64,000 nucleotides of DNA from Octopus vulgaris (Eukaryota). The notes below the pieces were generated by a model. That model saw nothing but the letters and a program-made list of their open reading frames with translations, ran no database searches and was not told the origin of the DNA. This document shows, one piece after another, positions 40,130 through 53,530 of this stretch (positions are counted from its first letter, which is position 1; each line of letters starts with the position of its first letter). Location of the stretch: assembly GCA_951406725.2 (NCBI GenBank), contig OX597818.1:119226001-119290000 (forward strand), written 5' to 3'. The translations under genes were made by a program, and so were the position numbers.

Positions 40130-41509
40130 TGTATGTATGTATTCAGTTGGGGACGGACCTTCGTGCTATTAATTATTGTGATTTATATTGTGGGTGTTGA
40201 ACAGTGCTAGTGAAGCTTCAAAAGTTTTAATGAATGCACTGTCCTCTGTCACTTCCATTAACAAAGGTTCGCGAGAATTGTAACCACTGAACTTTACCCA
40301 ATTTATACAGTAAAATTTGCTTCGTAGGCCAGCCTGGATTTACGTTTATTCTTTAAGAAGGTGGAATATATCCCTGAACGAAGATTGGAACCAACATTGC
40401 AAGGCTGTTCATATATCACATTCTGCGTGGTTTTCTTGTTACTTGTATTGCTAAACAGCTATCGCACTTCCTAGTCTCTTTACAGATGGCCTGCAATGCT
40501 GAAGTTCAAGTTGCTAATGCGTGAAATAAACAAAGGGTCATTGAAACGATATGAATTGATGGTGTACTGGCTCGTTCATTTTTAATCTGCCTCTATAACA
40601 CCAGCCTTTTGCATCTCTTTTATCTGCCCTTTGTCTGCTTTAATTAGAAAGCCAATAAGAAAACTATATCAGAAACTTCATAAGTTTTGAGAAGTGGTAA
40701 CGTGATGGGGTTGAAGGAAGAATGAACAGAACGTAGATAATAGAAAACCGTTTGAGACGAAAGATGTAAACTTTCAAATTTCTCTAAGACAAGAATTTTC
40801 TTTTAACTCCAAATAAGATTCTAAATAACTGATGACCTCTAGGCCTTTTCCTTGTTGTCTTTGAAAAGCCATTTCTCTCACATGGAATTTTATTGAACTA
40901 TACTTTACCTGCTTAATATGACTTCTCTCCAATACATCTAAAGCTCTGAATCACAGTATAATTTTAATGATATTCACTTGTAAAATGAATCATTTCTGAA
41001 ACGATGATTTTATACTTTTAGTTACCTCGCATAATCGAAAGCTTTTCATCTTAACCTTCTTGTCAAAATACAAATGCGAACTTAAAGATGTTAGCACGAA
41101 ATTTCAGAAAATTATAAATTCCACAATTTGTTTTCAATCTTTAATTCACTTTTCTAAGCATTCATCGGTAAACTGTAGTGAAATCTATTTATGGAATCAG
41201 ACATCCAGAATATGAAGATAACAAAGAATATAGTTATATTCTACTTGAAAACTGGGTGTTTTTAAGTTCGACATATTTCATCAGTATATTATGTTTTTCG
41301 GACTTTTGTTATCACTTCTTGTAATTCATCTTTTCTGTTTCCGTCTGTTTGTTATTTAATTGGAAATATCGGATGTATTTGTGGATTGAAAGAAAATGAG
41401 AAATACATCAATAGAAACAAACAGTTACAAATAAACAGTACGCTTATTTGTACTTCAGTATTAGAATCCATATTTTATCTATTAGTATTTTCATAGCAAT
41501 TATAAACAC

Positions 41510-41675
41510 AGGCGCAGGAGTGGCTGTGTGGTAAGTAACTTGCGTCCCAACCACATGGTTCCGGGTTCACTCTCACTGCGTGGCAACTTGGGGCAAGTAT
41601 CTAATACTATAGCCTCGGGCCGACCAAAGCCTTTTGAGTGGATTTGGTAGATGGAAACTGAACGAAGCCCGTCCT
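41510..41675 (+). mobile_element. SINE family A, 5' half
   Basis: aggcgcaggagtggctgtgtggtaag...gaagcccgtc. Confidence 0.9.
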
Positions 41676-41713
41676 AAATATATATATATACATATTTATA
41701 TATATATATAATT

Positions 41714-41791
41714 ATTGAATGGCTATGGAGTCTACGAGAATAAAATAGTATTTAAAGGGGTCTGTAGATAAAAAATGATCGAAAAGCCTGG
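41714..41791 (+). mobile_element. hAT-like MITE end fragment
   Basis: Similar to 56162-56237. Confidence 0.55.
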
Positions 41792-41899
41792 TCTAGACGA
41801 ATGGTCACTACAAGACGATTAAGAGAGGATTAGATTAACCAGACAAGAACGGAAGGATAGAAGGATTTTGGAATAAGAGAGATTTGAAAATTGCATTAG

Positions 41900-42950
41900 C
41901 TCTTATAAAATGGCTTACTATGATATTATGAATATCTATCTGGCATAAATACATTTGGGATTTATCATATGCATGAAAATTGTATATTAGAATACATGAT
42001 GAAGTATAATGCGACGACCTAAGGTAGATTTGTGTTTGTAAGTTATATACTAAGCTATAACTACTGGACGTATATAGTAAATATGAATATTAAATATGTA
42101 AATATATTAATAAAATGTAGAGAGCTGTAGGTATGAATATAATAATTAAATTTAGTCTAATGTAATATGTTGGAATAACGTGCGTAATAATTTAATGAAA
42201 TAAAGAAATCAGAATGTCGTTAGGAAAATAATGATCGATAATAATGAAATGAAAGAAGAATAGGTAAGTGTGGTGAGTTTGTGTACCAAGGGACCTAGTA
42301 GATAGTTGAGTGTTATTTGCTTGGGTACAGTCGAAACTCAGCATTTAGATCTAAGGTAAAATCGGAAAATTTTGAAGAATCACTGTATAAAAGGACTACT
42401 ACCTTCCCTTTGGCGGTTCACTACTTAATGACACTCGTTGACGCTACACCGAAGAGGCCAGGGAAGAGAAGAAAGAAGACATGCACCCAACACCAGAGCT
42501 GAAGACACCTCCGAAAGCGGGGGCCCTGCCACGTCAAAACGGTAGAGGAGTAGAGGCCGAAACCGGACGTGGTTCCTCTTGATGATGTCTTGAGCTAACT
42601 GGATCCTATAAAGGAGCTGTTGTGGTAACAGACCACGAAACACGGTTGTAATTCATATTTTCTAAGATTTCGCTAGATTCTTCTAAACATAAATTGCAAT
42701 GAGAACGATTTACATGGTATGGATTTCCAATATTGATGATATTATATGGAGTGCTAAATTTCTCAAGTCGTGTATGTGGTTAACAAGTGTGGTAGAATTA
42801 TTATAGGCAGTCGCAATAAATGAGCTAAGATGAGCTAGAAATCGACAGAGAACGTTAACCGTGGCATCTAAGTATATTTTATAGAAGTTCTCTTGTTTGT
42901 TAAGGTCCGTGCATTTATATATTACGCTATATATATACAGCAATTACCTT
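41900..42950 (-). mobile_element. Possible heavily decayed PLE RT remnant
   Basis: Weak, correctly ordered peptides on the minus strand: VPKQI..LLGP, IRPVV, AYDKSQMY. Confidence 0.3.
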
Positions 42951-43029
42951 TGAACAGAGATTTATCAAATATATTACAGTTGAATTTGTCACTATCATGC
43001 ATGCTTCTGCTCTGTTTTTTTTAGTAGTA

Positions 43030-44055
43030 TTACAATCATTAAAGGAAACAAAAGACTTGAAGAAAATGGAACATCTTGAAAATAACTACATATGAGACAA
43101 GTCTGACATATGAGACTTCTTGGTAAATTGTTGAAAAAAACATCAAGATTGTTTCAACATGAACAACATCCAACTACAGACCCTGCTAGGAGAAAGGAAC
43201 ATGCAAAGTTACGGTAGCTAAATTACAACACAAGGTTGAACGGAGGAAAACTGGTTGAAGCATGAAAGAAGATGCAACAATTTACAAGGAAACTGAAGTC
43301 AGGTTGGTGGGAGTCTAAAGCTGAAGAGTTACAACGTTATGCAGATAAAAATGATATAACAACATTTTATTCAGGACTTCAAGACTTATACGGGCCATAG
43401 AGAAAGTGCACAACTAAATTCATAACTCTCGACATAAAGAATAATCCAGGAAAAACTGGAGATACTCGATATTTATGACAATCACTTTGACAGCCTGCTT
43501 ATTATCTCAGGTGCTGTGGACCATACTGCTTACAAGAAGGTCACACAACAATCAACCACCCAATCCTTAGATGATCAACCTATTTACAATTAATTCAATG
43601 ATGCAATCAAACAAATGAAAGACGGCTTATTGAAAACCTGTGTAGCATTGAGTTCTAGGTCTGAAAGATGGAAACGGTTCTACAAGACTGGAAGGACGAA
43701 TGCTTCGTTCGTACCTTCAAAGAAAGTTGTGGAGCGGTCTGTGGAAACTACCGAGGAATATTTCTTGAATGATGCAATCAATCAATAAGGAATTCAATGA
43801 TGCAATCAAACAAATGAAAAACGGCAAATCACCTGGCAGATGTGGAATACCCGCTGAAATCTGGAAGCATGGAGATATGACGCTTATTGAAAGCCTGCAT
43901 AGCATTGAGCTCTAGATCTGAAAGATAGAAACGGTTCTACAAGACTTCTACAAGACTTCAAAAAAGCTGCAGAGCGGTCTGTGGAAACTACCGAGGAATA
44001 TTTCTTCTATCAATGACTGAGAAGATCTTGGCTCGTATTTTATTAAACAGACTAT
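43030..44055 (+). mobile_element. RTE-clade LINE fragment with an internal duplication
   Basis: WWESKAEELQRYADKND, DAIKQMKNGKSPGRCGIPAEIWKHG and CGNYRGI motifs; ~43590-43770 is repeated at ~43790-44005. Confidence 0.85.
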
Positions 44056-44324
44056 AATTAAGATTTCCATCATCTATTAAACTATTTCTAGTGAGTTCTA
44101 TATTTCCTTATTTTGCTGCCCCTGAGATTTTCTTTACTCTCAGAGCTCTCATACCTAGTGTTACAGTCTGGATTAACTGGTGTCCCCAAGTCCCTATTTT
44201 AGTTATTACTCTAGTTTGATTTACATATGTATTTCTGCACTTGGTGCAGCTCATAATTATATCCTAATAATAATCGTATAATTATTCGTTGCAGATCCAC
44301 TCCCTTCGTTATTATTACCACCTC

Positions 44325-44730
44325 AAATCAAATTCCGCTAAGGTCGGTCGACTTTTCTTTTCATCATTTCGGAGTCGATAAATTAAGTACCAGTTGAGCA
44401 CTGGGGTCGACGTAATCGACTATCGCCCTTCACACCAAATTTCAGGCCTTGTGCCGATAGCAGAAGGGATTATTACCTACTGAAATACTTTCTGTATTAT
44501 GGATATCAACATTAGAGTATGTATAGAGGTGGTGAACTGGTAGAACCGTTAGCAGGCAGGGAAAAATACTTAGAGGAATTTCGTCTGTCTTTGCGCTCTA
44601 AGTTCAAATTCCGCCGAGGTCGGCTTTGCTTTTCATCAATTCAGGGTCAATAAAATAAGTAACAGTTGAGTACTGGGGTTGATTTACACCTTCCCCGAAA
44701 CAGCTGCCCTTGTGCCAAAATACGAAACAA
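44325..44730 (+). mobile_element. Two SINE family B copies (44325-44470 partial; 44527-44730)
   Basis: Match to family B. Confidence 0.82.
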
Positions 44731-44808
44731 TTATGATAAAGAATCATTATTAGAGTATGAGGAGATCAGGTCACGTGTTTTCTCTTATGTTTTTATATTT
44801 ACTGTTAT

Positions 44809-45111
44809 CTTCTCTCTCCGACCAGGCTATCAGATGTTGTTACACATCGCTGGTCACAATGCGCTTCGCTTTGTTTTAGCCTTCAAATGACGCCACCCCG
44901 CTGGCTAAGCGAGCAGGCCAACAGAAGAAAGAGTGAGAGAAAGTTGTGGTGAAAGAGTACAGCAGGGATCGCCACCACCCCCTGCCAGTGCCTCGTGGAG
45001 CTTTAGGTGTTTTCGCTCAATAAACACTCACAACGCCCGGTCTGGGAATCGAAACCGCGATCCTACGACCGCGAGTCCGCTGCCCTAACCACTAGGCCAT
45101 TGCGCCTCCAC
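44809..45111 (-). mobile_element. SINE family C with tail type 3, 12-bp TSD
   Basis: TSD atttactgttat at 44797-44808 and 45112-45123; head nearly identical to 20095-20277. Confidence 0.93.
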
Positions 45112-45219
45112 ATTTACTGTTATGATGACTATCAATCGTATTATATATTATTTTGATTTTCCATATTCATAATTTCCATTTTTCATTCATAACTTTATAT
45201 ATTTATATTAATATCTTAT

Positions 45220-45430
45220 CCTTTCTACTTTAGGCACAAGGCCTGAATTTTTTGGGGTGAGGGAGAGTCGATCACACCAACCCCAGAACTTGACTGGTAC
45301 TTAATTTATCGTCCCGAAAAGGATAAAAAACAAAGTCAACCTCGTGGAATTTGAACTCAGACGCGGCAGTAGGCAAAATACCGAGAAGCATTGTGCACAG
45401 TGTGCTAATGATTCTGCCATCTCACCGCAT
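45220..45430 (-). mobile_element. SINE family B
   Basis: Match to family B. Confidence 0.85.
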
Positions 45431-45998
45431 TTTAATACCTTTTCCTACCAACATACATAGATACAAACATAGTCACATATATGCAAACCAACCCAGATAT
45501 AGACACGATACAATTTAAACACATTTTTATCAGTTATATTTTTTTACCTAGATTATCTTTGAAAAAATACTGGTGAAATCATATTTTGTATTAAACTGTT
45601 CTCTTTGTAGCATTTGCCTCAATATTTCATCCCATATTTCTTCTTTCCTCACTTTGCATATCCACCCTTTTTTACCAAAATTTAAAATTGTTGACCGCAA
45701 ATATAATATATGTCAATAGATATTTCTCATAACGTCTCTTCACTTAGAATACTTATTATTTACAATTTAACAACGAAGTCACTTCACTATTACTGCATGA
45801 CACCTCGTTATCGCCGTTTGATAACGGAATTTTTTTATCAGTATTCCCCTATGAACAAGAGAACAAGATTTCTACAACTGCTTTAATATGATCTCAGATG
45901 GAAATTAAAGTTCTTATCAAAATTAATTTAATACACACACACACATTCATACATACATACATACATAGATACATACATACATACATGCATATACATAT

Positions 45999-46038
<40 letters not shown>

Positions 46039-46339
46039 TATATATAGAAAACAAAGTTATTTTATTCCTCACGGGTAGAAATATAGGAAAAATAGAAGCT
46101 GAAAATACACTGAGAATAGTTTAAATATTTTATATTTATATATTTCAAACTTTAACCGGTTTCACAGTTCACACTGATTTTCAAAAAGTTCAAGCAGAAA
46201 GACGTGACTTATGTCGCAACTGTCTCGCTTCTGATTAGCGTTTGAAGCTTACCCTATTTTTATCGGGAGTTCATGGCTCAAATTAGTATGTTTTGAATAG
46301 GATTTGATTGGTAGAGGATAGTCACATGCCTGGTCTTAG

Positions 46340-46870
46340 AAATTTTTGTAGCTTCCTCGTAATAATTCCCCCAAACCATGCTAGTCAAGAATTCCTATCC
46401 AAGCTTCCAAAACTTGACGTAACCTGATATTGAAGTCACCATTTTCGTTTGCTGAAGTACTTTGGAAGTGGCTGCGCAGGACAGTGTAGGACTTATTCTT
46501 TATCATAGCATCAGCTTGTAGAGCTGGCGGGTACACACTACAAAGATTGGTATATAGTTTTGCTTTGGATGGAAACAGGCATAGAGATGGTGCTGTCAGA
46601 GGGAGTTGTTGAATGTTATTTTTAACTTGGAGACAATGGCGTTTCTGACCGAGAATCTGATGCCAGATAGACTTCGTCCGGCCTGTGGCTTGCCGAACCA
46701 GTAGAGAGTGTAACCTGCACCATTATCTTGCAGATTGCCTTCATCTTCACAGAAAAATTGGGCAGCAATATCAATATTCAGTTTAGAGAAGTCGTGAGCA
46801 AGAAGAGAAGAATGCACTTCTAGCCTGCTGCTGTCAGTCTATCATAGTTCTGAAGTTCCAGCATCCCAGC
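46340..46870 (-). mobile_element. RTE-clade LINE endonuclease fragment
   Basis: LAHDFSKLNIDIAA..EGNLQDNGAGYTLYWFGKP..GIRFSVRN resembles the RTE/BovB APE domain. Confidence 0.8.
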
Positions 46871-47886
46871 TCGAAATCATGTACATCTGGTGAGACAGGT
46901 GTGAATCCTTTTCGTTGATGTTCAACCGTTTTTGAAGTTGATGTTCGACCGCTTTTGAAGATGCATACTTACTGCGGTGCACCAACTGGGTTGATGGAAA
47001 CCAGCTTTGATTTCAACACCAATTCTAAGCCTATGCAGTGCTGTTCCTAAAAACATTTATTTCATTAACAATAGCGCATGAAATCTAGTATTATAGACAG
47101 GCGTTCGTGTATTGTGGTTACCACATGTTTTGGGATTTCACACGTACGGAAAATTCTTTTAGTATGACCACTGATTTCAGGATATAGTCTGTAATTTCGC
47201 CCACAAGGAAACTCAGATAAATTATAAGAATACTCTTATCCCTCATTGTGAAGCAGAAGTTTTCATTGTGAATATTTGTGTATGTGTATAGTTTATAGTG
47301 TGAATCCCCACATATATACACAATTATATACGTGTATATATACGTTAATCTTCTCCAGCACAAAGAACATCGACACCAAAATCAACACAACCATTGGCAT
47401 TACCAATTTTTAATTATCAACATAGGCAGCAAGAATGGCAAAAAAGGAAAAGATAAGCAAAAATGTCTAATATATTAAAACAAACTTTCACATGAGATAA
47501 TGTGTCATCCTAGAATGTCTTAAAGGTTGAATGGAAAATATTTGATCTTAGGTTGTGGTTTAACTTGAGATTAAACAGCAACAACATTAGAATAAATATG
47601 AACAATACGACCACTTAATACCCATAGAAACTCTCCATCACCAACGCAAAAACCACTGCAAAACCACCCATCGACTTTGACTAATTAACTAGAAATGTAA
47701 ACAATGGTATCAGTATGAAAATAATGACTGTGGCCACATATGTTGTATGTCAACACAGAGGATGTGTGCGAGAGTGTGTGTGTTATGTGTGTCTGCATGG
47801 ATACATCTGTGTGTATGAGTAGAGTGTGGTGTTTTATGGCTCAAGTTAAAGGTAAATGTGTCGAAATGTTTATGAAGCTTGTAACC

Positions 47887-48545
47887 ACTCTTTCACCACA
47901 ACTTTCTCTCACTCTTTCTTCCTACTTCTGTCACAAAGCAGAGGAACCATGTTGAACCCACTATGGTGTGGTAAATTTTCAGACCCTAGTCTAGATAGCG
48001 AATCCTCTATACCCCAGTATAGTTCAGCTCTCCACCCGTTAAAAGCCACCGTTTACGGAATGAGGATAACAACGTAGGTTTCGCACCCGTGCAACCGCCA
48101 GTCTATCGCGTGTGGTGGGTGGATCTTCAAGTTGCCGCACGCATTCTTAGTAGCTTAGAGTAGGCTCGAATTAGAGATTATTCTTGGTGGCTAATGACAT
48201 GAGTCCTGATTGGAAGAAGAAGAAGAAGAAGAAGAAGAAGAAGAAGAAGAAGAAGAAGGAAGAGGAGGAGGAGGAGGAGGAGGAAAAGGAAGGGGAGGAG
48301 GAGGAGGAGGAGAAGACGAAGAAGAAGAAGAAGAAGAAGAAGAAGAAGGAAGAGGAGGAGGAGGAGGGGGGGGGAAAGGAAGGGGAGGAGGAAGAGAAGA
48401 CGAAGAAGAAGAAGAAGAAGAAGAAGAAGAAGAAGAAGAAGAAGAGGAGGAGGAGGAGGGGGAGGAAGAGGAAGGGGAGGAGGAGGAGAAGAAGAAGAAG
48501 AAGAAGAAGAAGAAGAAGAAGAAAAAGAAGAAGAAGAAGAAGAAG
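47887..48545 (+). mobile_element. 5'-truncated SINE family C, tail type 2, with an expanded (GAA)/(GAG) tail (48213-48545)
   Basis: Body matches 29140-29460. Confidence 0.9.
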
Positions 48546-49103
48546 ACAACAGCAGATGCGTTAACATCTGTTACAAGTGAAGGCCTGCATGGGAGATAAC
48601 TGAGAAGTGTCAACTTCTTTGACAATTGAGAAGCGTCAAAGTTTTCCAGCTAAAAGCTTACTAATGTTTACTCGTCTAATATTTGGCTCAGATTCAAATT
48701 TTGCATATCAAATGCTATTACATCTTAAGCGCTATTAATTATGTGTAATTCAATTTCGTATTTCAGCACAGAATGTCTTTAGAGATATAACATGTCTTAA
48801 TAAATGTTTCATCGATTTATAATAAAGCCTCCATGGTTTTTGATGAGCTTTAGAATGGATTATATCTATTTCTAATGCATGTAGAATAAATAAGTTAAAT
48901 ACAGAACTACCCACCCCAGCCGGCCGCTTTTCTTGCTAGAAATCATAGTTGATTTCCTCTTTCAAATTCACTGTTTTCCTGTTAACCACGTACACATTGC
49001 ATCATGTACACGTATGTAACATGTAATATGTGAAAAGGAAATCTATTGATGTGTGGAAAGTTTGTAAAGCAGGAATTAATTAATTGAAGGCACATTAAGT
49101 ACC

Positions 49104-49360
49104 GTGGAGGCGCGTGGCTTAGTGGTCAGAATGTCAGCATCATGATCGTAAGATGCTGGTTTTGATTCCTAGATCGTGCGACGCGTTGTGTTCTTGAGCA
49201 AAACACTTCCATGCTCCAGTCCACTCAGCTGGCAAAAAGGAGTAACGCTGCGATGGACTGGCGTCCCGTCCAGCTGGGGAACACATACGCCATAGAATCC
49301 GGAAAACCGGGCCCATGAACCTGGCTAGGCTTTAAAAGGGCGCATTTATTTATTTTATTA
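49104..49360 (+). mobile_element. tRNA-derived SINE family D (V-SINE-like central segment)
   Basis: Head gtggaggcgcgtggcttagtgg; ctgcgatggactggcgtcccgtccag; (ttta)n tail. The V-domain resemblance is from recall. Confidence 0.88.
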
Positions 49361-49639
49361 CATTAAATACCAATAATTAAAATATATTTCCAGGTGTCTT
49401 ATAATGTAATGTCATTAGTGATGATTAGCTCATTAAGCGAAATAAGCAGTTTTAATTTTTAATATTAAGAAACAGATACCCTCAACAATTAAAATTTCTG
49501 CCATCGTTACAACCTACAAACCGTAAATACAACAACTCAAAGAATAAATAATGGTTCGCGGAAGGAATATTCTGTTTCTAGAAGGGACATTCCTGTACAA
49601 ATGCTCATGTAGCTGTAGGGATCGATTACTAATCAAAAA

Positions 49640-49947
49640 TTTATTTTATTTATGCGCCCTTTTGAAGCCTAACCAGGCTCATGGGCCCGGTTTTCCGGTT
49701 TCTATGGCGTATGTATTCCAACCAGCTGAATGGGACACCAGTTTATCGCAGCGTTACTCAAGAAACAGGAGAAAGAGTGAGAGACGAAAGAGTACAACAG
49801 GGGTCGCTACCACCCCCTGCCGGAACATCGTGGAGCTTTGGGAATTTTCGCTCAATAAACACACACAACGCCCGGTTTGGGAATCGTAACCGCGGTCCTA
49901 CGACCGCGAGACTTCTGCCCTAACCACTGAGCCATTGCGCCTCCACA
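49640..49947 (-). mobile_element. Chimeric SINE: family C head with family D tail (tail type 4)
   Basis: 49640-49759 is the reverse complement of ~49240-49360; 49760-49947 is a family C head. Confidence 0.88.
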
Positions 49948-51010
49948 TTAACCCATAATGCAATGACTAAAAACTGAAACTAGAAAGGTGTGATGGCCAT
50001 CGATTGATTGGCAACTGGAAGTGTTTAGAAAATGTTTCGTCCACACTTGGAAATAGAGCGCATTTCTGTAGACAGGTACAAAATGAAACTGAAATATAAG
50101 CGTTATCTATCCTCATTAGGAGATGAATTTTCGAAGAGGACGCCTCTTTGAAACTTTTACCTTCCAAGTAATGAGTCTTGTCTCCAACGGGGTAAACCAC
50201 ACAAGGCTCGGATGCAATAACTATAGGACCTCTATTTCGTATACAGTAATTTTTCTTCCATCAGATTTGCTCTGGAGAATTACTAAATGAACTGTTATAA
50301 AATACAAATTAGAAGAATGCGCTAAACAAATATTTAAGAACACTAACATAATGATAGATAAAGTAACAGTCATGAGAGAATTAGATCAAACAGATTTCCA
50401 AATACATAGCAATCAGTGGTTTAGACAAAGTAGAAACACAGGAAAAAATAATGAAAAAGTTTGGAAAAACATTCTGGACTACTTAGATTGTTACTTAAAA
50501 CACATCTATATGTAAAAATAAGGTTCTGGGTAATAAGCATCAACTCGCTAGCTGGCTGTACCTATAATAATATACAATTATGATATTCTCAAACGCCGTC
50601 TAATTGATGTAGCAAGACAGAAAAGAAAATAGATATTTATAGGCAATATTTAGTATGCAAATATCCAAAATCTGATACAGAAGTTTATTTCTAACAAGAA
50701 CAAAGGGGAAACTGAGGTTCTACGTACATAAAAATGATTATAAATTGAGGTCGCTTCCTATAATTTTTATCTATTTCTACTTTGCTCATTTACTCATATA
50801 ATTTTGCTCAATGACGGTCTATGTCGAAATCTAATTAACCAATCAGTTCAATTCCATTTTCACATCAGAATCCCTTTTGTGCTTTACCTTCTCATTGACA
50901 ATAACACATACAACAGTCTGTCTGACAATATCAACATCGCCATTGGTAGACAATACTGAACAGCCACAGTTTAGCATCACACTCAAATACATTGCATTAT
51001 TTTATAAATA

Positions 51011-51549
51011 TTGGGTTGTCCGGAAAGTTCGTACCGATTTATAGTAGCTTAACTTTCGACTTGTTTTAGAACATGGTTGAGTCCATAAAATAGGATTTGA
51101 CTTCACCTCCATTTAGAGCACAGTTTAAACCATCATTTCGTGGAAGGAAGTTTATGTCCTTATAACCTGTGTTAATTTTGTAACCCTTTAAAATAGAAGA
51201 TACTTTGGGAACCAGGCAACAATTGCTGCAGCGCGGCTGGGATGTGTCACACCACCCTCCATATTCACCAGATATTGCTCGTTCGGATTTCCACTTATTC
51301 AGGTCTCTGCAGAATAGTCTTAATGGAAAAATTTCAATTCCTTCGATAACGTAAAAAGATACCTTGATAAATTCTTTGCCATGAAACCACCTCAATTCTG
51401 GGAAGAGGGTATTTTCAAGTTAAAGGAAAGGTGGAGACGCATTGTGCAACAGAATGGTTCATATTTGGTTGACTAAAAATTTAATGGCAAGTATATATTG
51501 ACCTTTTTCTTTCCTTTAAAAATCGGCACGAACTTACCGGACAACACAA
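51011..51549 (+). mobile_element. Internally deleted mariner element
   Basis: TA-flanked TIRs ttgggttgtccggaaagttcgtaccgattt / aaatcggcacgaacttaccggacaacacaa; retains the C-terminal GWDVSHHPPYSPDIARSDFHLFRSLQNSL. Confidence 0.92.
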
Positions 51550-52443
51550 TATATTAGCTGTTGTCCGGAGTGCAACTTTAATTTACTATTTCAAATTTAT
51601 AGGTCTGGGTGAGTAAACCAAAATGTTTAGGGGTGTAATAATTGTAGTTTTAGATATGCTTATTAAAGTCTCTCATTTTACATATAGTTGCTGATTCCCA
51701 CTAGAATTAGAAGGCGTGTTCAAAATTGTTTAAATTAATTTGCTGAATCTCAAAGGAGCTGGAAGGCGTGTTCTGAATTTATGAAATGAAGAAGCGAGTT
51801 ATATTTCATTTTCAAGAATGACAGCTCATTATTCGCTGCTATCCCTAAAGGCTACATTTTCATTAGATGTTGCGCAAAGATAAAAGTGGATAGAGCATAC
51901 ATATCCATTTATAATACACAATTATTTTATTTATTAATCATGGATGAAATGCTGGGTTAATTAAAACAGATTTGATGTTTGATTGGGGCAGGTTCGAATC
52001 CTACGTATGTGTAACTCAATTTGCTCCTGTCTAATTGCTTCTTCATCTGGATGTATTTGATTAAATAAGCTGCAACATATATTTTGCTTAAATGTAGCCA
52101 AGTAATCAAGGCCTGTGTTTTTGATCCCAGACATTGCAATAATTCCCAAACCGAATTTTCGATGATGTTTAACTTCAAATTTTTTGGTTGAGGATTCAGA
52201 AAAAGAAGTAGATCAGGGGTTCCCGTTCTGTAAAAGGAGATCTAATAAAAGTATTTCGAGTTCTGTTTTATGGTATAAATCGTAGGGATCAGAAAAAGAG
52301 AAAATATTACTGCATAGGGATACGAGTCATGGGAAAGAGTAGTACGTAGTTGGCTTGTTTAGGGGAGCGAATATAAAGGTGAGAAATGAGAAAAAAGATA
52401 TAATGCTTCATTCGGACGATGTATAGCTTTGAAACAACAGCAG

Positions 52444-52780
52444 AGCAAAACACCTAAGCTCCACGAGGCACTCTCTCTTTCTTCCTACTTCTGAGCAGAG
52501 GAACCATGGTGCAACCCACTATGGTATGGTAAACTTTCAGACCCGAGTCTAGATTACGAATCCTCTGTACCCCAGGATGGTTCAGCTCTCCACCCGTTAA
52601 AAGTCACTGTTTACGGAATGAGGATAACAATGTAGCTTTCGCGCCCGTGCAACGGCCAGTCTATCGAGTGTGGTGGATGGATCTTCAAGTGGCCACACGC
52701 ATTCTTAGTAGCTTAGAGTAGGCTCGAACTAGAGATTATTCTTTGTAGCTAATGGCGTGAGTCCTGATTGGAAGAAGAAG
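52444..52780 (+). mobile_element. Truncated SINE family C, tail type 2, 10-bp TSD
   Basis: TSD acaacagcag at 52434-52443 and 52781-52790. Confidence 0.9.
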
Positions 52781-52790
52781 ACAACAGCAG

Positions 52791-53530
52791 GGTGTCTTTT
52801 TATACGGTTTATGGTTGCTTGAGTGTGTGTCATTGAAACCAACGCATATGTGTTCGCCTAAATGAAGTTGCACCTGCGTTTCATCTGCAACCGGTCAAGT
52901 TTCACGATTCTGAAGAGGACCTTTGGCAAAACATCGGTTTTAGTAGTTTTGATACTGTTGTCGACGTACAATGTGAATGTCATCAAAAATCTGGAAGGCC
53001 TAACTTTTGACGTCTTAATGGAAATCATAGCAGTGCGTGTTCAAGCGTAGTGAAGATGTTTTGAAAGATTGTTACCTCGATGTATATAGCGGTTGCATCT
53101 TTGTGTTGTTGAAGGGGAATAAATTGTTGTTTTTCCTTTTGAGATTAGATCTGAATGTCTTTATTCTATGAAAGAGAACAAGTTTGCTTAATGTAACCAT
53201 TGTGCTTATGATTGAAACACGTATGTCGATCATTATGGAGGAAAGACTGTTTTAAAGATTATGTTTAGAAGCTTAGAAATAATGTGGCCATCTGGAATAC
53301 GGAAAATTGGTGTGATTGATTGGTCGGAATAAGACGGATAGCAAATAAATGCAGATCGCTGCATCAGTGATATTCATGTGGCCTGAGATCCAGTGGAATT
53401 TTCCTCTGAATAATTCAGTTTGATGAAAAGTAATATATGTGAGTTAGTTTCGATTCCTTCGTTGTAGAAGTAGAATAAGCCAGCTCCTGAAATGCCTGTG
53501 TTGTTGAAGCATCTATGTATGATTCTTGGC
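52791..53530 (-). mobile_element. Decayed LINE C-terminus with an RNase H-like domain (I/Nimb/ingi-like group)
   Basis: Minus-strand peptides YIDAS, GISGAG and FHWISGHMNI resemble the RNase H Y(T)DGS and WIPGH motifs. Confidence 0.5.

Noticed and set aside
46914-46960. 23-bp tandem duplication
   Set aside because: Only two units with no spacers; ordinary slippage, not CRISPR-like.
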